Shown here: one piece after another, positions 16,622 through 20,000 of the stretch
How the letters are laid out: the number at the start of each line of letters is the position of its first letter
Numbering within the stretch: the stretch's first letter is position 1
IMG/VR virus record: IMGVR_UViG_2061766007_000208
DNA from: an uncultured virus (IMG/VR IMGVR_UViG_2061766007_000208)
Lineage: Duplodnaviria; Heunggongvirae; Uroviricota; Caudoviricetes
Direction: 5' to 3' (one strand)
Length of the DNA stretch: 20,000 nucleotides
Notes under the pieces: generated by a model
The model's input: only the letters and a program-made list of their open reading frames with translations
What the model was told of the DNA's origin: nothing
Databases searched by the model: none
Translations under genes and position numbers: made by a program

Positions 16622-19201
16622 TCGAGGCTCCGGATTTCGACGTTTTGCTGTTTGGCTACTCCGTGGACGGCGGACCGGTGCAGGTGGTGGACCTTGCTTC
16701 CGGCGAGGAGCTGCCTGCGGAGATCGTGGCCGCGCTGACGGATGACACCGTGATCAAGTGGGCCTTCAANNNNNNNNNNNNNNNNNNNNNNNNNNNNNNN
16801 NNNNNNNNNNNNNNNNNNNNNNNNNNNNNNNNNNNNNNNNNNNNNNNNNNNNNNNNNNNNNNNNNNNNNNNNNNNNNNNNNNNGATGGGCCTGCCGCTCT
16901 CCTTGGAAGGCGTCGGTGCCGTGCTGGGGCTGGACAAGCAGAAGCTCTCCGAGGGCAAGGACCTCATCAAATACTTCTGCCAGCCCTGTGCGCCGACGAA
17001 GACCAACGGTGGCCGGACCCGGAACCTGCCGATGCACGCGCCGGACAAGTGGACCGCCTTCAAACGGTATAACTGCCGAGATGTGGAGGTCGAACAGTCC
17101 ATTCAAAACCGGCTGGCCAAGTTCCCGGTCCCGGACAGCATCTGGGAGGAATACCACCTCGATCAGGAGATCAACGACAGAGGCGTGGCACTGGATATGG
17201 ATCTGGTGCAGCAGGCCATCGACATGGACACCCGCTCCCGGAAGGAGCTCACCGATGCCATGAAAGACCTGACCTCTTTGGAGAACCCCAACAGCGTGAT
17301 CCAAATGAAGCAGTGGCTCGCAGACCACGGTCTGGAGATGGACTCCCTCGGCAAAAAGGAAGTGGCTGAGGTCCTGAAGACCGCGCCGCCTAAGCTGCAG
17401 AAGGTGCTCCTGCTCCGNNNNNNNNNNTGATGCCATGAAGGATCTGACCTCTCTGGAGAATCCCAATAGCGTAATCCAGATGAAGCAGTGGCTGGCGGAC
17501 CACGGTCTGGAGATGGATTCCCTCGGCAAAAAGGAAGTGGCCGAGGTCCTGAAGACCGCGCCGCCTAAGCTGCAGAAGGTGCTCCTGCTCCGNNNNNNNN
17601 NNCTGCAGCGCGTAGTCCTTAATGTCGGAAGCCCAATCCATCAGGTTGTCCAGCTTGCCCAGAATCTCCTCGACCTCTTCGTCGGTCAGGAGAGGCNNNN
17701 NNNNNNGCTGTCCAGCTTGCCCAGAATCTCCTCGACCTCTTCGTCGGTCAGGAGAGGCGGCTGCCGGAATTCATATCTGGCGAGCTCCATGTTGGCTCTA
17801 GCGCGTTCCCGGCAGTCGGCCTTGGCCTTGCAGAACTGGCACCATTCGCCACAGTGGTATTCACCGTCACCGGCGTAGGCGAGCTCTGCGGTCGGGACCA
17901 GCACCGTCTCTGCCCAATCCAGCAACTCCTGCCGGGTAAGGGTAAAGGTGCTGACGTTGGCGCGGCGCGGCTGGTAGATCGTCATGCTGACGGTGTCGAT
18001 GTCGTACAGGCAGTCGAAGATCTCCAGAGCGCCGAGCGCGTAGAGCTTCATCTGCGGGTTGTCCTCGGCCTCCACCAGCACACCGCGACCNNNNNNNNNN
18101 CTGCGCCGATGGCCGTGCCCGTGGGATGTTTCAGTTCTTCGGAGCCAACAGGACCGGTCGCTGGGCTGGCCGCATCATCCAAATGCAAAACCTGCCCCAA
18201 AACCACCTCCCGGATCTGGGACAGGCCCGTGGTCTGGTCCGCGCCGGTGACTTTGACGCCGTGGAGATGCTCTATGAGGATGTGCCGGACACGCTCTCGC
18301 AACTGATTCGGACAGCCTTCGTGCCGAAGGAAGGCTGCAAGTTTATCGTGGCGGACTTCTCGGCCATCGAGGCCAGAGTGCTGGCGTGGTTTGCCGGAGA
18401 GGTCTGGCGTCAGGAGGTCTTCGCAAACGGCGGTGACATCTACTGCGCCTCAGCCAGTCAGATGTTCAAGGTCCCGGTGGAGAAGCATGGCGTCAACGGC
18501 CACCTGCGGCAAAAAGGCAAGATCGCAGAATTGGCGCTCGGCTACGGCGGCTCGGTCGGTGCCCTCAAGGCAATGGGAGCAATCGAGATGGGCCTTGCTG
18601 AGGAGGAGCTCCAGCCGCTGGTCAGCATGTGGCGCTCCTCCAACCCGAACATCACNNNNNNNNNNTGGTGACATCTACTGCGCCTCGGCCAGTCAGATGT
18701 TCAAGGTCCCGGTGGANNNNNNNNNNGAAGTTCTGGTGGGACGTGGACCGCGCCGCTATGAACGCCGTCCAGAAGCATATCGACGGCGATGTGGGCAGTA
18801 TCCACTTCAGCTATAAAAGCGGGATGCTGTTCATCACCCTGCCCTCCGGAAGGAAGCTGGCCTATGTGAAACCGAAGATTGGCACTAACCAATTCGGCAG
18901 TGACTGTATCACCTACGAGGGCACCGGCAGCACAAAGAAGTGGGAGCGGTTGGAAAGCTACGGTCCGAAGTTTGTCGAGAACATCGTGCAGGCCACTTCC
19001 CGCGACATTTTGTGCTACGCCATGCAGACCCTGTCGCACTGCTTTATTACCATGCATATCCATGACGAGCTGGTGATCGAGGCTGACCCGCGCATGAGCT
19101 TGCAGGCAGTCTGTGACCAGATGGGCCGGACGCCGCCTTGGGCTGAAGGGCTCCAGCTCCGCGCCGATGGCTATGAGACTACTTTTTACAGAAAAGATTG
19201 A
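16622..19201 (+). CDS. Phage-type family A DNA polymerase in fragments 16622-16769, 16884-17417, 18101-18655, 18727-19201, with duplicated allele pieces at 17428-17592 and 18666-18716
   Basis: Exonuclease region LLFGYSVD, KWAF and YNCRDVEVE; RTGRWAGRIIQMQNLP; motif A IVADFSAIEARVLAW; motif B RQKGKIAELALGYG; ENIVQATSRD; motif C HIHDE. Confidence 0.9.
17603..18090 (-). CDS. DUF2800 nuclease, central/C-terminal fragments (inverted contig pieces)
   Basis: GRGVLVEAEDNPQMKLYALGAL continues the 12826 fragment. Contains IYQPR and the Cas4-like Cys cluster CGEWCQFCKAKADC. Confidence 0.8.
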
Positions 19202-19206
19202 ACCGT

Positions 19207-19238
19207 CTTCGTCAAAAGCAGGCGTTCACCTCCAGTGG
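19207..19238 (+). promoter_or_regulatory. Bipartite motif copy downstream of the DNA polymerase
   Basis: CTTCGTCAAA-AGCAGGCGT-TCACCTCCAGTGG, at a locus non-allelic to 11818. Confidence 0.6.
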
Positions 19239-19292
19239 AAATTAGAGGTGGACGCCTTTCCCATATGTCCGCCCAGAAAGGAGGCTCTTTTC

Positions 19293-19730
19293 ATGAGTGT
19301 GGATATCCGCAACAGCGAAGGATACGTCGATCCCACCGCTCACGAGGCCCTGTCTGCTATCGAACGTGATGAACGGCAGGCACTTCGCGCTTTCAGGCCC
19401 ATCGTCTACATCTGCTCTCCCTATGCCGGAGATGTGGAACGAAACGTGGCCGCTGCCCGAAGGTACTCGCGTTTTGCTGTGGAGACCGGCTATATCCCAA
19501 TCGCGCCGCACCTGCTGTTTCCACAGTTCCTGAATGACGGCGATCCGGCTGAGCGCGAGCTGGGGCTCTTCTTCGGAAATGCCCTGATGAGCAAGTGCTC
19601 AGAGGTCTGGGTCTTTGGCAGCCGCATCTCAGACGGCATGGCAGCAGAAATCAAACGCGCTCGCTGGAAGAACTACCGGCTGCGCTATTTCACTGACGAT
19701 TTCAAGGAGGTACACGATGTACGAAGTTAG
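19293..19730 (+). CDS. DUF4406-like / nucleoside deoxyribosyltransferase-fold phage protein
   Basis: RNSEGYVDPTA, PIVYICSPYAGD, PIAPHLLFPQF, CSEVWVFGSRISDGMAAEI; AAGGAGG RBS. Confidence 0.75.
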   Translation: MSVDIRNSEGYVDPTAHEALSAIERDERQALRAFRPIVYICSPYAGDVERNVAAARRYSRFAVETGYIPIAPHLLFPQFLNDGDPAERELGLFFGNALMSKCSEVWVFGSRISDGMAAEIKRARWKNYRLRYFTDDFKEVHDVRS

Positions 19731-20000
19731 AGAACACACCCGCAAGATTGACGGCATGGAGATTCCCACCTTTACGCGGGAGATTATCAGCGCCAACGTG
19801 CTCAGCGTCGAGGCCGGGACCAACGGCTTTCAGGGTGGCGACTCCGGTCATGGCAGCCGCACCTATTTCCGCATCACCGACTGCGGCAGCACGGACATTC
19901 ATGTCAATACCCACGGTTTTGACGGCGACGAGGGCTTTGAGGTCTTCCTCGGCGGTGACTGTGAGCTGGAAACCATCATCCGCGCACTGAAGTTCATCAC
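19717..20000 (+). CDS. Conserved phage hypothetical protein, running off the right edge (not in ORF track)
   Basis: AAGGAGG RBS, then MYEVREHTRKIDGMEIPTFTREIISANVLSVEAGTNGFQGGDSGHGSRTYFRI...GGDCELETIIRALKFI, open to the window end. Confidence 0.7.
   Translation, partial: MYEVREHTRKIDGMEIPTFTREIISANVLSVEAGTNGFQGGDSGHGSRTYFRITDCGSTDIHVNTHGFDGDEGFEVFLGGDCELETIIRALKFI

Larger units (their letters stand above)
8541..20000. mobile_element. Prophage/ICE-like element: regulation and replication module
   Basis: The Xre, ImmA, sigma-like, DUF2800, DUF2815, PolA, DUF4406-like gene set is characteristic of Firmicute siphovirus-derived integrated elements. No integrase or att site is visible in the window. 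Confidence 0.75.

Noticed and set aside
15678..18090. Inverted DUF2815 and DUF2800 segments as a shufflon or phase-variable inversion
   Set aside because: All inversion ends are N gaps, and no invertase or inverted recombination sites are visible. Scaffold misorientation is the simpler explanation.
17428..18716. Near-duplicate polymerase segments as diversity-generating retroelement TR/VR pairs
   Set aside because: Differences are synonymous and not adenine-specific, and there is no reverse transcriptase in the window.
16622..19201. Split or intron/intein-containing DNA polymerase
   Set aside because: The interruptions are gaps and misplaced fragments. No intein or intron motifs were seen.

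Overview
Gap-riddled composite scaffold, most likely from a Clostridia-like Firmicute, covering one phage/ICE-like mobile element. Several alleles or strains of the same locus are concatenated between N gaps, and some pieces are inverted. The right half (mostly + strand) is a prophage-type replication module: a Cys-rich sigma-70 region-4 protein (3 alleles), small ORFs, a DUF2800 Cas4-like nuclease, a DUF2815 ssDNA-binding protein, a family A DNA polymerase and a DUF4406-like protein. The left half (- strand) is an accessory/defence region ending in an SNF2-type helicase, and it seems to hold two alternative cassettes. Cassette A is Xre HTH, TcmP-like protein and radical SAM, divergent from an ImmA/IrrE peptidase-HTH gene. 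Cassette B is a 293-aa protein, a 214-aa protein, an excisionase-like HTH and an RloC-like AAA_13 ATPase. The top finding is in cassette B: the C-terminus of the 293-aa protein and the N-terminus of the adjacent 214-aa protein share a 20-aa RHIM/BASS-like motif (12/20 identical), suggesting an amyloid-signalling pair without an NLR. Two other notable features are a switchable RBS-sequestering RNA leader whose architecture is kept in two sequence-divergent sigma alleles, and a bipartite CTTCGTCAA(A/T)-N9-TCACCTCCAGTGG motif that is a candidate promoter for the element's sigma factor. All family assignments come from motif recognition, not database searches.
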